A stretch of 64,000 nt of DNA from a virus (IMGVR_UViG_3300031576_000021:24218-88217), one strand, 5' to 3'. Shown: positions 1 through 9,579, counted from the first letter of the stretch. Notes: generated from the letters alone by a model not told the origin. Program-made: numbers and translations.

Positions 1-1
1 C

Positions 2-235
2 GGGGTGCTGACGCCCCTTCATCATGGTCGACATGACGCGAGACTTCTGGAGCGCCGCAGCCATCTACGGAGACATCGCCACGGCCGATCGCGTGGGCGC
101 GGTAGCGCGTGGTTGCCGCAAGGGTTTGGCGTCGAGTCGGTTGCCGCGATTGCGGACGCAGGCCGTCGGGAGGTTTACGACCTGACAGTAGACGCAGACC
201 ACAACTTCATTGCCGAAGGGCTAGTAGTCTCGAAT
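2..235 (+). other. Intein C-terminal part in the endolysin
   Basis: Blocks F/G VYDLTVDADHNFIAEGLVVSN followed by Cys+1 at 236. Confidence 0.85.
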
Positions 236-409
236 TGTTGGGGCATCGCAATCGATCTCGACCCGGCGAACAATCCGATGGGCACACGTTGGCGCAACGA
301 TGGTAGCATGCTCGATGAGCGAATCATCTCGACGTTCCTGGCGCACGGCTGGTACTGGGGCGACACGTTTCGCGATCCCCAGCACTGGCAGTTCTGTGTC
401 GACTATTAG
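2..409 (+). CDS. Peptidase M15-family endolysin, 3' part, intein-interrupted (5' end outside window)
   Basis: After the intein end the extein reads CWGIAIDLDP...GWYWGDTFRDPQHWQF, matching the M15 SxH(S/C)WGxAxD and WGG/DxxH motifs; frame is open from the window edge. Confidence 0.8.
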   Translation, partial: GVLTPLHHGRHDARLLERRSHLRRHRHGRSRGRGSAWLPQGFGVESVAAIADAGRREVYDLTVDADHNFIAEGLVVSNCWGIAIDLDPANNPMGTRWRNDGSMLDERIISTFLAHGWYWGDTFRDPQHWQFCVDY

Positions 410-457
410 GTCGGGTTGACAGCCCCACGTTGCGGTCTGCTATAGGAGGGTTCCGTC

Positions 458-823
458 ATGACGAAGGTCGAGGAAGCGTTGGCCGAGGTGAGGAATGCGC
501 TGGCCGAGTTCGAGCCGCGTCTCGCCGGGCTGCGGGATTTCGAGCGATTGCTCACCGTGGCCGACGATGGGCAGGAAGCAAAGACAGTCATCGGAAGCGC
601 GATCGAGACGTACACCATTCGGATCGCGCGGTTGGCCGATGCCCGGAACACGCTCCAAGCGCTCCTCGCTGACGCGCATCCCAACCCGATTGTCGTGCTG
701 GTCCCCCCGACCGTCCATGCTGTCCTCGCGGGCAACGTGGGGACCGTCGAGGCGGCCTTCAGTCAGTTCCGTCCGCAGACCGAGGCCACCGCCGGATCGG
801 TCGAGTTCGTAGAGCCCGCGTAA
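458..823 (+). CDS. Hypothetical protein (helical/coiled-coil)
   Basis: AGGAGG RBS, ATG, 121 aa ORF. Confidence 0.7.
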   Translation: MTKVEEALAEVRNALAEFEPRLAGLRDFERLLTVADDGQEAKTVIGSAIETYTIRIARLADARNTLQALLADAHPNPIVVLVPPTVHAVLAGNVGTVEAAFSQFRPQTEATAGSVEFVEPA

Positions 824-842
824 GGGCAAGAAGGAGTAGCGT

Positions 843-1160
843 ATGGCGACACAGATCCCGGTTGGTGGAGTCAAACATTTCCGGTCGGTGTGGCGGGACG
901 CCGCCGGCAACGTGGCCACCGTCGACACCCGGACGAGTCCCGGGCTCGTGACGGTCAGCGACCCCGCGTTGGGGGCGATCGAGAACCTGTCGGCCGATGG
1001 GCTGGAAGGCGACCTGCGTGTGCTCGCGCTGGGGACCGGCCAAGTCTCGATCACGGTCGACGCCGATCTCGGCGATGGTGTCCGCGCGTTGATCGCGCTC
1101 GGCGACTTCGAGGGCGTTCCCGGCGAGGCCGTAGTCGGTACCGTCGAGTTCAGCGGCTAG
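843..1160 (+). CDS. Small beta-rich (Ig-like) protein, possibly virion-associated
   Basis: AAGGAG RBS; alternating hydrophobic strands, ALGTGQVSITVDAD. Confidence 0.6.
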   Translation: MATQIPVGGVKHFRSVWRDAAGNVATVDTRTSPGLVTVSDPALGAIENLSADGLEGDLRVLALGTGQVSITVDADLGDGVRALIALGDFEGVPGEAVVGTVEFSG

Positions 1161-1230
1161 GTCTGCTCCTTCCCCAGCCACGGGGCCCCGGATGGACTGA
1201 GCCACCATCCGGGGCCTTCCCATCCGCCAC

Positions 1231-1260
1231 TTGACACAAGCCCGAGCATGGGGCTATACG
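1231..1260 (+). promoter_or_regulatory. Sigma70-type promoter TTGACA(CAA)-18-TATACG, leaderless
   Basis: ATG at 1268 lies 7 nt after the -10 hexamer; no RBS. Confidence 0.7.
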
Positions 1261-1267
1261 GCGCGAC

Positions 1268-1717
1268 ATGCTGACTCCCGAGGGGCTGACCGAGGACATG
1301 CAGGCCGCCATCGAGCGCCCCGGAGCGCCCTGCGTCGTCTGCAAAGCGCCGAACGACGAGGTGGGGCTGTGTCGCGACCCCTACTGCCTGGCGTACGTGC
1401 CGGCCCCATGGCCGGTTGCGCCGCGCGGCTCTCTTTTCCAGCGGTGGCGGATGCGACGACGGGCGCGTCGGGTGGTAGCCGACCTCACGAGCCGCGAAGG
1501 GACCGCCCGGCGGCTGCTCGCAAACACGCTGTCGCGGGTGGCGCTGCTCGTCCTGCTCGGTACGGGAGCATGCAGCACCGACCCATGCGCCGGCAGGTCG
1601 ACGACGCCTGAACGACTCGCCGATGGAAGCTGGAGCATCGAGTGTATCCCGCCCGTCCTTTCTGTGGCATGTGCGATCATCTGGCTCGGCGCTGCTGCTG
1701 GGCTGTGGAAACCATGA
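1268..1717 (+). CDS. Hypothetical membrane protein with N-terminal Cys motifs
   Basis: CxxC...CxxxxC, two hydrophobic segments; stop overlaps next ATG. Confidence 0.5.
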   Translation: MLTPEGLTEDMQAAIERPGAPCVVCKAPNDEVGLCRDPYCLAYVPAPWPVAPRGSLFQRWRMRRRARRVVADLTSREGTARRLLANTLSRVALLVLLGTGACSTDPCAGRSTTPERLADGSWSIECIPPVLSVACAIIWLGAAAGLWKP

Positions 1718-2574
1718 CCGACCTAAAGCAAGACGTGCGTGCCCTAGCCGATGCGTTGGCGATCGCGCGGCCGTTCGCGCTCCTCGATCTCGAAACGACT
1801 GGCACCGATCCGAAAGAGGATCGTATCGTCGAGGTGGCCGTCATCCGGTGCGTCCCCGTCGAGGCCGATGTGCCGGCCGTCGAAACCTACGTGCGGCGCG
1901 TGAACCCCGGTGTGCCGATCCCGGCCGAGGCGAGCGCCATCCACGGCATCACCGATGCCGACGTACGCGACGCGCCGACGTTCGTACAGATCGCGCCGGC
2001 TGTCCGCGGCATGCTCACCGGAGCCGATTTCGCGGGGTTCAATCTACTCAGATTCGACCTGCCACTCCTCGCGGCCGAGTTCGAGCGGGTCGGTATGCAG
2101 TTCGACCCACACCTCTCCGGCCGGCGCGTGATCGATGTGCAGCGGCTCTACCACCTAATGCATCCTCGCGATTTGTGCGCCGCGCGGCGCACCTATCTCG
2201 ACGAAGATGCGGCCGACGCGCATGGCGCGCTCGCCGATGCGTCGGCGACGGGCCGGGTGCTCCTCGCCCAGCTGATCTATCATCGCGAGGAATTCGCCGA
2301 GGGGGGTGCTTTCCTGCCGCGCGATCTCGATGCGCTCAATACGCTCAGCCGTGGCGCGCAGGCGAATTGGCTGGACCCCGAGGGCGCGCTCGTTTGGAGC
2401 ACGGCCGGCGAGGTGGTGTTCACGTTCGGCAAGCACAAGGGGAAGACGCTGCGCGAGGTGGCGCAGACGACGGACTATCTGTCGTGGATCGTGCGGGAGC
2501 GGGTGAAGAACCGCGTGGTGCAGCAGGTCGCGAGTTCGGCGCTCGGTGGGGTGTTCCCCTGTCGGCCGACGTAG
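1714..2574 (+). CDS. DEDDh 3'-5' exonuclease (DnaQ/Pol III epsilon-like)
   Basis: LDLETTG, HGIT, FNxxxFD, AHGALAD motifs; C-terminal FGKHKGKT. Confidence 0.9.
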   Translation: MTDLKQDVRALADALAIARPFALLDLETTGTDPKEDRIVEVAVIRCVPVEADVPAVETYVRRVNPGVPIPAEASAIHGITDADVRDAPTFVQIAPAVRGMLTGADFAGFNLLRFDLPLLAAEFERVGMQFDPHLSGRRVIDVQRLYHLMHPRDLCAARRTYLDEDAADAHGALADASATGRVLLAQLIYHREEFAEGGAFLPRDLDALNTLSRGAQANWLDPEGALVWSTAGEVVFTFGKHKGKTLREVAQTTDYLSWIVRERVKNRVVQQVASSALGGVFPCRPT

Positions 2575-2576
2575 CC

Positions 2577-3296
2577 ATGCGCCTGTGCATCATCACCTGC
2601 ATGCGGGACGCGCTGCCGTTCCTGCCGCTCTACCGGGAGCAGCTACGGCGGTGGACGCTCCAGCCGGCGGTGATCGTGGTCGGAGAGAACGGCTCGGACG
2701 ATGGGACGCGCGCCTGGCTCGACCGCTGGGCGATCGACGACGACGCCCGCGTGGATGCGTTCTCGTTTGACCCGCCACCTGGACCGAAGCTGGAGCGCGT
2801 GGCCACGGCCGAGCGCGCGGCGCACATGGCGCGCGTCTGGAACACCTGCCTGGAACGCGCCCTGGAGCACGACTGGACGCATGCCGTCGTGATGTCCATC
2901 CAGAAGTATGCCCCGGCGTCGGTGATTGCGCGGCTGGCGGCCCTAGATCGAGACATCGTAGCGCCCCTGATCATGTTCCCCATGGGCGCGACGCGGATCT
3001 TCTACGATACGTGGTGCTTCCAGGCGCTCGACGGCACGCGTTTCTCCGCGCATGAACCGAGCGGCGATTCCGTGGAGGAAGTCGCGGGCGTCGGTGGCTG
3101 CTATCTGGTGCGCCGCGCCGTCTATGAAGCGGGCTGTCGGTTGGCGCCGACCGATGGCACGTTCTGCGAGTCGGTGGCGTTCTGCGAGCAGGCACGGGCG
3201 CGAGGATTCCAGGTCTGGGTGGATCGGCGGGAGCCGACCGCCTGGGCGTACTGGACGCCGGGGCCCTATCGCGCCAGGCTGGCTACGGATGGATGA
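2577..3296 (+). CDS. Glycosyltransferase family 2-like protein
   Basis: IVVGENGSDDGT, RVWNTCLE, GVGGCYLVRR, ESVAFCEQARARGF. Confidence 0.75.
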   Translation: MRLCIITCMRDALPFLPLYREQLRRWTLQPAVIVVGENGSDDGTRAWLDRWAIDDDARVDAFSFDPPPGPKLERVATAERAAHMARVWNTCLERALEHDWTHAVVMSIQKYAPASVIARLAALDRDIVAPLIMFPMGATRIFYDTWCFQALDGTRFSAHEPSGDSVEEVAGVGGCYLVRRAVYEAGCRLAPTDGTFCESVAFCEQARARGFQVWVDRREPTAWAYWTPGPYRARLATDG

Positions 3297-3507
3297 CAAG
3301 TACGAAGTCCCTGGCCTGGCCCGTGCGCTCCGCGAGACAAAAGGCGGCGCGCTGATCGTCGAAGTCACGGCCGACGACGGCGGCACCGAGGAGCTGTGCA
3401 TCCCGCAGAGCCAGGTCCACGAAAACTCCGAAGTCTGGAAGCCCGGCGACGAGGGCACGCTCGTCGTGACGGGGTGGCTAGCGAGGCAACGCGAATGGAT
3501 GGAATGA
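3289..3507 (+). CDS. Small phage hypothetical protein
   Basis: ETKGGALIVEV...CIPQSQV...VTGWLA; overlaps upstream stop. Confidence 0.65.
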   Translation: MDDKYEVPGLARALRETKGGALIVEVTADDGGTEELCIPQSQVHENSEVWKPGDEGTLVVTGWLARQREWME

Positions 3508-3783
3508 GGGGCTAAGATACGGCAAGAACGGGTCGAAGCGATCATTGAGGCCGAGACCGTCGGATTGCGCGACCGCGTGATCGTCCGACTCGCCGAGGAG
3601 TTTCCGGACGTACGGTGGAGCTCGGCGGTTGGGCATCCGCCGATGGTGCGGGTCCAGCACAGCGGGCCGCCATTGCTCATGCCGGAGCGTGGCGACGAGC
3701 ACCCGCGGGTGGACAGATCAAAGCTGTCGATCACGTGGTCGTTGGAGCAGGTGACGGGCACGTGGAACGAAGACGATACATGA
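3504..3783 (+). pseudogene. Small gene apparently frameshifted by one extra G (or sequencing error)
   Basis: ATGA overlap at 3504; removing one G from the GGGG run gives MRAKIRQERVEAIIE... continuous with the 3565..3783 ORF. Confidence 0.45.
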
Positions 3784-3824
3784 GACGTCGTGCCCGACCT
3801 GCCCGCCCCCTCAAAAGGCATCAC

Positions 3825-3853
3825 TTGACACAATCTCGCTAACAGGCTAAAAG
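3825..3853 (+). promoter_or_regulatory. Promoter TTGACA(CAA)-17-TAAAAG, leaderless
   Basis: ATG at 3861 lies 7 nt after the -10 hexamer. Confidence 0.7.
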
Positions 3854-3860
3854 GTGGGGC

Positions 3861-4040
3861 ATGGCAAACCGCAATCTCGATCCGATGACCGCCGACTCCG
3901 ACCGCGACTATCTGGACGCGATCGGTCATCCGGCAGACGCGCATCGCCCGGGGACACGCGAGCCGCGCGGCTGTCGTGCCCCCCTCCCCTGCGAGTGCTG
4001 GACGTGCGATCCGCGGGAGGATGACGATGTCACCTTCTGA
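3861..4040 (+). CDS. 59-aa hypothetical protein (not in ORF track)
   Basis: MANRNLDPMTAD...CECWTCDPREDDDVTF directly behind the leaderless promoter. Confidence 0.55.
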   Translation: MANRNLDPMTADSDRDYLDAIGHPADAHRPGTREPRGCRAPLPCECWTCDPREDDDVTF

Positions 4041-4479
4041 GGCGTTGCCCGCGCACCCTCGCCAGCCCGATCCGACGCGAGCGCATTGTCGGAACGGCGA
4101 AGAGCAGTGCCACGGCTGCGCCTGCTGCGTGAAGGCGGCGAGCGTCGGGCTCATGCGCCTCCTCTGGCGGTGCTGCTGTTGTGGCGTGTCGGCGACGACG
4201 GTCCGCCAGCGCGAAGGCCACACGTACTGTAGCGGCGACTGTTTCCAGACGGCGACGGTCGTGGCCGGCGGCACGGTGTACTACCGCGACTGCGTCATCA
4301 CGTACGAGCCGAAGCCGATCCCGACGACGTCGTGCGACTTCGGCTGGGCACACGACGACTACGACGGCGCGCCGATCGACTCGGAAGATGGCTACGCGGC
4401 CGATAGCCGGTCCGGGTACGCCGGGTCGGTCGCCGCGTGCAAGGCCGAGATCGACGCGATGCACGAGGCGTCGTCATGA
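4021..4479 (+). CDS. Cys-rich hypothetical protein
   Basis: GGGAGG RBS; several CxxC; C-terminal HDDYDGA...SVAACKAEID. Confidence 0.6.
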   Translation: MTMSPSEALPAHPRQPDPTRAHCRNGEEQCHGCACCVKAASVGLMRLLWRCCCCGVSATTVRQREGHTYCSGDCFQTATVVAGGTVYYRDCVITYEPKPIPTTSCDFGWAHDDYDGAPIDSEDGYAADSRSGYAGSVAACKAEIDAMHEASS

Positions 4480-4609
4480 GGGCCACTCGCAGGGGGCTCG
4501 TGATCGCCGCATTGTTCGGGCTGGGCTGCGGCCACGTCCTGAGTCGCGTGCTCGATCAGGTGGCACGCTATCTCGGGACGCCATGAGCCGCGCGGCGCAA
4601 GGGGGTGTG

Positions 4610-4876
4610 ATGGACGACCAGGAAGACAAGCGGGACGCGGCACTCCGGGCCGTACTCCTGTTCTACGAAGCACCCTACTGGTCGGACAGCATCCAGAACC
4701 CGACGACAGCAATTCATCACCGCATCGCGGCCCAGCTCGTCGTCGAGAACGCCGATCAGGTGGCGACCTATCTCGTCGAGCACATGACTCCCGGCACGAT
4801 CCGTGTGGCCTGCGTCGATGGCACGCTCGCGGTCCTGGCGCCAGACGGGACGGGGCTGCGGCTGGTGCAGGCATGA
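4610..4876 (+). CDS. Hypothetical protein
   Basis: ATG after AGGGGG; stop overlaps helicase ATG. Confidence 0.5.
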   Translation: MDDQEDKRDAALRAVLLFYEAPYWSDSIQNPTTAIHHRIAAQLVVENADQVATYLVEHMTPGTIRVACVDGTLAVLAPDGTGLRLVQA

Positions 4877-6891
4877 TCCTGCACCGCGAAGAGGCGACCT
4901 GGGTGGCCGACTCCTCGTTCGAGGAGAAGGACGTGGTCAAGGCGGCGCGGTTCCGCTGGGACCCAGCGAAACGTCGCTGGTGGACGGATCAGCTGGACCG
5001 CGCGGCGCTCCTCGCGGCGTACGCCGACGACGACTGCCGGTCTGAGCTGACCGCGCGGCGCGAAGCGATGGAAGCGGCGAAGGCGGCGAGTCGGGCGACT
5101 GATGCGGCGATCGACCTGCCCTGTCCCGATGGGCTCGCCTACCTGCCCTTCCAGCGGGCGGGCATCGCGTACCTGCTGGAACGGCCGGCGGCGCTCCTCG
5201 CGGACGAAATGGGGCTCGGGAAGACGGTCGAAATTCTCGGCGTCATCAACGCGGACAGCGCCGCGCGGCGCAACCTCGTAGTCTGCCCCGCGCATCTGCG
5301 GCTCAACTGGCAGCGCGAGGCCGAGCGGTGGCTGGTCCGCCCGACGCGCATCCTCGTCGCGACCGCGGCCTCATGGCCGGCGGATGTCGAGCCCGACGAT
5401 CGGGATGTCCTCGTGATCGGGCACTACGAGACGTGCGTGAAGCACGCCGCCACGATGCAAGCGATCGACTGGCATGTCGTGGCGATTGATGAAACCCACT
5501 ACATCAAGAATCCAAAGGCGAAGCGCTCGATGGCCGTGTACGGCATCCCGGCGCGGCGCCGCATTCTGGCGACCGGCACACCGATCGTGAACCGGCCGAA
5601 AGAATTGTGGCCGCTGCTCAACCAGCTCGACCCGACGGGGTGGCCCAAGTTTTTCTCGTTTGCGATGCGCTACTGCGCGGCGACGCAGAACCGTTGGGGC
5701 TGGGATTTCTCCGGCGCATCAAACCTCGACGAGCTACAGGACCGGCTGCGCGAGACGATTATGGTCCGTCGGCTGAAGCGTGACGTGCTGACTGAGTTGC
5801 CGGCGAAGACGCGGCAGATCATCGAGCTACCCGTCAACGGCTGCGCCAAGGCGGTTGCCAAGGAACGGGCGGCGCTCGCCAAGCTGCTCAAGTCGGACGA
5901 TCCATACGCGGCGGCCGTCAACGCGCTCGACGATGGGCCCGGCGCGCTGTTCACCGAGATGGCGGCGATTCGGCACGCGACGGCCATCGCCAAGGTGCCG
6001 GCCGTGATCGAGCATGTGATCGACGCGCTCGATTCACACGCCAAGGTGGTTTTGTTTTGCCATCACCATGATGTCGCTGATGCGTTGGTCGCGGGACTCG
6101 CGGCGTTCAAGGCCATCCGGGCGACCGGCCAGGACAGCGTCGAGGAGCGCCAGGCGGCGGTCAACGTCTTCCAGTCGGATGTGAATGTGCGCGTCATCGT
6201 GTGCAGCCTGTACGGCGCGGGCACGGGATTCACCCTCACGGCCGCCAACCTCGTCGTCTTCGCGGAGTTGGACTGGGTGCCCGGCACGATCACGCAAGCC
6301 GAGGATCGGCTCCACCGGATCGGCCAGACGGGCAACGTGCTCGTGCATCATCTCGTGATCGACGGCACGCTCGACTGCCGGCTGGCGCGGGTGCTGGTGA
6401 GCAAGCAAAAGATCGCCGACGCGGCGCTCGACAACCCGCACGACGACCGGGTGGCGTTGGCCGAAGAGGCGGCGCGCGCGGCCATCGTGGCGGCCGAGAA
6501 GCGCGACGGTGCCCGCCTAACCACCGAGCAGCGCGAGGCCACCCTAGGCCCCCTGCCCGACTGCCCGGAGGGCCGCTACGCGCTCCCAAGCGCCACCGGC
6601 GCCAACGATCTCGACTTCTACCGGGTGGATCGGCCGACGGAGGGGCAGTGGGCCGGGCGGGTGTTCGTGACCCGCGTCCTCGGCGGGCACTCGACGCTCG
6701 ACCCCGCGCTCCGTGTCCCCCGCTGGGCAGTGCGCAGCGTGCTGGAGCGGATCGTGGCAGCTGGCCCGCGCGAGGCGGCGATGCGCTACGGGCAGGAGCT
6801 GGGACACTGCGGGCGCTGTGGACGCTCGCTCACGGACGATCAGAGTCGCACGATCGGCCTAGGGGCGACGTGCGCAGCAGCGTGGAGGTGA
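4873..6891 (+). CDS. SNF2-family (SMARCAL1-like) helicase with C-terminal Zn finger (DUF6011-like)
   Basis: LLADEMGLGKT, DETH, ATGTP, QAEDRLHRIGQ; CGRCGRSLTD...GLGATC. Confidence 0.9.
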   Translation: MILHREEATWVADSSFEEKDVVKAARFRWDPAKRRWWTDQLDRAALLAAYADDDCRSELTARREAMEAAKAASRATDAAIDLPCPDGLAYLPFQRAGIAYLLERPAALLADEMGLGKTVEILGVINADSAARRNLVVCPAHLRLNWQREAERWLVRPTRILVATAASWPADVEPDDRDVLVIGHYETCVKHAATMQAIDWHVVAIDETHYIKNPKAKRSMAVYGIPARRRILATGTPIVNRPKELWPLLNQLDPTGWPKFFSFAMRYCAATQNRWGWDFSGASNLDELQDRLRETIMVRRLKRDVLTELPAKTRQIIELPVNGCAKAVAKERAALAKLLKSDDPYAAAVNALDDGPGALFTEMAAIRHATAIAKVPAVIEHVIDALDSHAKVVLFCHHHDVADALVAGLAAFKAIRATGQDSVEERQAAVNVFQSDVNVRVIVCSLYGAGTGFTLTAANLVVFAELDWVPGTITQAEDRLHRIGQTGNVLVHHLVIDGTLDCRLARVLVSKQKIADAALDNPHDDRVALAEEAARAAIVAAEKRDGARLTTEQREATLGPLPDCPEGRYALPSATGANDLDFYRVDRPTEGQWAGRVFVTRVLGGHSTLDPALRVPRWAVRSVLERIVAAGPREAAMRYGQELGHCGRCGRSLTDDQSRTIGLGATCAAAWR

Positions 6892-6894
6892 ATC

Positions 6895-7188
6895 ATGATC
6901 GACTACAGCCGGGTGCGTGTGGACATTCGCGAAGCCGTCTTGCGCTACATCAACGACGGGTGGCAGCCCGGTGGCTTCCTCACGGCGGTGCTGAGTAACA
7001 ATCTGCGCGACGCCTTCGGGCGCGCGGACGCAGAAAACTTCGCCACGCTCGGCGACCTCGTCGGCTGGCTCTACAACCACGCGCCGAGTCCCTGCTGGGG
7101 CTCGCCGGAAAAAGTGGCGGCGTGGCTGGCTCAAGAGCCGTCGTATGTCGCGGGGGGGATGCCGGTGATCACCTGGGACGGCGTGTGA
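6895..7188 (+). CDS. Phage hypothetical protein
   Basis: GGAGG RBS; PGGFLTAVLSNNL...AFGRAD...PSPCWGS. Confidence 0.7.
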   Translation: MIDYSRVRVDIREAVLRYINDGWQPGGFLTAVLSNNLRDAFGRADAENFATLGDLVGWLYNHAPSPCWGSPEKVAAWLAQEPSYVAGGMPVITWDGV

Positions 7189-7370
7189 TGACCGGCTATC
7201 TCCACAGCGAGGAGCGGGACTTAGGAGCGTATCCGATCGGACAGCGCACATACTGGCGCATCGTGCAGCGATGGACGCGGCGCGCGTACTGGCACGGGGT
7301 CATCGTCGGGTCGCTCGCAACGACGATGGCGGTGCTCGTGCTCCTCGTGCTCGCGGTCTGGGTGGATTGA
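7188..7370 (+). CDS. Small membrane protein
   Basis: C-terminal hydrophobic helix; overlapping stop/start junctions. Confidence 0.5.
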   Translation: MTGYLHSEERDLGAYPIGQRTYWRIVQRWTRRAYWHGVIVGSLATTMAVLVLLVLAVWVD

Positions 7371-7633
7371 TGGACTACGATCGAGAGGATCGGTGGGCGA
7401 GTCGCGGCGTCGCGGTGGCGACGCTCCACGGGACGCGGTTCTTCCTGACGGCCACCGGCTGCGGTACGGACGTGCCCGACAACGCCAAGGTCTTCCGCTC
7501 GCTGGCGGACGCGCAGCAGGCGTGCGACGCGGCGAACATCGACCCGGCCTGGGGCGAGCTGCGCGGGAAGTGGGAGGCCCTCATCCCGTACCTGGCGTTC
7601 CCACTTGACGACGCCCCCCGTTCGGGCGCATGA
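7370..7633 (+). CDS. Hypothetical protein
   Basis: MDYDREDRW..., translationally coupled to upstream gene. Confidence 0.55.
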   Translation: MDYDREDRWASRGVAVATLHGTRFFLTATGCGTDVPDNAKVFRSLADAQQACDAANIDPAWGELRGKWEALIPYLAFPLDDAPRSGA

Positions 7634-7779
7634 CGGCCACCTACAAAAGAAAGGGGCCGCCCCCGGGGGAGGGAGCGACCCCAACGCCTACAAAACGAAA
7701 GGCCGTAGGTGTTGGGGTAGCACCAGATGCGCTGCGCGTCAACCCTCCCGCACCGTGGGCGGTGGAAGGGTGTGGGTGC

Positions 7780-8691
7780 ATGCGGAACGACAAACGGCTG
7801 CGAGTCGAGAGGTTGCTCCGACTCTACCGTCGACATGCGGGTGGCTGGCGCGGGTACTCGACCGCCAGCCAGGCGACGTTGGCCCGGAGGCTCGGGGTAT
7901 CCCGCCGGACGATCCGACGGCTCACCACCACACTTTCAGAGGCGTCTGCCGTGACCGTAACGCGGCGCGGCAAGATGCTCTCAAACCAGGTGGAAGTGAT
8001 GGGACAATTCCAGGCCAAAGTGATGGGACAATTGTCCCCGGAGCGAACTCTTACGCTGAGCGGTGGCCATGCCAAGCAGTGCAACGGGGTAGTAGTATCG
8101 AACAACAGAAGTGCGCCATGCGGCGCACGTTGGGGGGGACGGATGCCACCACGACCGATCGGAAACGCGATCCGGGCCGCAGAGTCGGCAGCAAAGGGCC
8201 GTGTCGAGGCCACCCGTGCCGCTGGAGGCACGAGCCGGGCGATAGCGGCCACCTGGGAGCGGGCCTGCCGGGCGGCCTTCCCTGACGCGCCCTTGCGGGT
8301 TCTGGTGACCGGGAAGGACCTGAAGCAGGCGAAGGGGCTGCTGGCTGAGTACGGCACGACGGCGCTTGGGCTGGTCGAGTGGGGGGTGACGCAGTGGGCC
8401 GTGTTGCGGGGCCTGGGGGCCTGGTGGGCACGGGGGCTATCCCCGACGCCGACGTGGGCTGAATTTTACCGGTACCGGGAGGCGATCGCTGCCCACATGG
8501 GAGCCGCGCGGCTCCCCGTCGATCCGGTGCAGGCGGGGTACGAGGCCGAGTACGAGCGGAGCAACGAGCGGCGTATCTGTGCCCTGCTGTTGCGCGACCC
8601 TACCCTGACGCCGGAGCATCGGGCCGAAGTAGAGCGCAGGGCGGCGGGATGTGGGATGACGCCGGCCGTCTCGAAAGCGATCGGTTGGTGA
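7780..8691 (+). CDS. Phage replication initiator with N-terminal HTH
   Basis: ASQATLARRLGVSRRTIRR HTH; internal iteron-like repeats; upstream of DnaC-like gene. Confidence 0.7.
   Translation: MRNDKRLRVERLLRLYRRHAGGWRGYSTASQATLARRLGVSRRTIRRLTTTLSEASAVTVTRRGKMLSNQVEVMGQFQAKVMGQLSPERTLTLSGGHAKQCNGVVVSNNRSAPCGARWGGRMPPRPIGNAIRAAESAAKGRVEATRAAGGTSRAIAATWERACRAAFPDAPLRVLVTGKDLKQAKGLLAEYGTTALGLVEWGVTQWAVLRGLGAWWARGLSPTPTWAEFYRYREAIAAHMGAARLPVDPVQAGYEAEYERSNERRICALLLRDPTLTPEHRAEVERRAAGCGMTPAVSKAIGW
7994..8038. repeat. Iteron-like repeats, candidate replication origin
   Basis: AAGTGATGGGACAATT at 7994 and 8018; second copy extends into palindrome GGGACAATTGTCCC. Confidence 0.6.
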
Positions 8692-8931
8692 TGATAATCA
8701 CCGAGCGCGGCTACTGCGTCCGCGACGACTGCCACCATCAGCCCTGGTGGCATGAACCGTCGGGCATGGATCGCGCGACCGGGATACCGACGTCGTGTGG
8801 CAAGTGTGAGCTGTGTCCGTGCGTCGAGTACGTGGAGGAGACCCAACCACGATCGGATGGTTTGTGCTGATCGGCTTCCAGGCGTCCGATGGTAGTTTGA
8901 CTATGCGAGCTAACCAACATCCGGGGGACCG

Positions 8932-9579
8932 ATGGGGTGCGAAGACGGGGACTGCGTGCGGGGGTGTCATCGGGGGTTCGTCTTTGAGCGTCGCGAGGAT
9001 GGGTCGCGCTACACGACGCGCTGCCCGGAATGGAGGCCCCGCGTTGCTGTCGATACGACGGGGCTCGGCGCGCTGCGTGCCAGGACCTTCGAGACCTACC
9101 ACCCGCAGACGCCTAGCCAGCGGAACGCGCTCGCGACGGTACGCTCGGCGACGACGGCCGGCACGGGACTCGTGCTCTCTGGACCGCCGGGCGTCGGTAA
9201 GACGCACCTCGTCGCGGCGGCAACCGCATGTGCGCCGCGCGGCGCACTCTTCCGGCGGGTGGCCGACGTGATCGATACGTTGCGGGCAGCCGAGATGGCA
9301 GACGATGGGGACCGGCGCGCGGCCCTGCGTGAGGTGATGGCCGCGCCATTCCTCGCGCTCGACGATCTCGGCGCGGAGCGACCGACACCGTTCGGGCTCG
9401 AACGGCTCTGCCTGCTCCTCGACAATCGCGTGAACGAAGCGCGGCAGACGTTCGTGACGACAAACTATGCAGCGAAGGATCTGGCGGCGACACTCAGTGG
9501 GGTGGCGGGCGCGCGGCTCGTGTCGCGGCTGCGGGCCGTCGGGGCGTGGGTGATGATCGATGGCCCAGACGGGCGGTGA
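8932..9579 (+). CDS. DnaC/IstB-like AAA+ ATPase (helicase loader)
   Basis: GPPGVGKTHL, LALDDLGAE, VTTN, RLVSRL, GPDGR. Confidence 0.9.
   Translation: MGCEDGDCVRGCHRGFVFERREDGSRYTTRCPEWRPRVAVDTTGLGALRARTFETYHPQTPSQRNALATVRSATTAGTGLVLSGPPGVGKTHLVAAATACAPRGALFRRVADVIDTLRAAEMADDGDRRAALREVMAAPFLALDDLGAERPTPFGLERLCLLLDNRVNEARQTFVTTNYAAKDLAATLSGVAGARLVSRLRAVGAWVMIDGPDGR

Noticed and set aside
1623-2576. Long N-terminal extensions in the ORF track (for example 1623, 10250, 15223, 26259, 53870)
   Set aside because: They overlap better-supported upstream genes; coupled downstream starts were used instead
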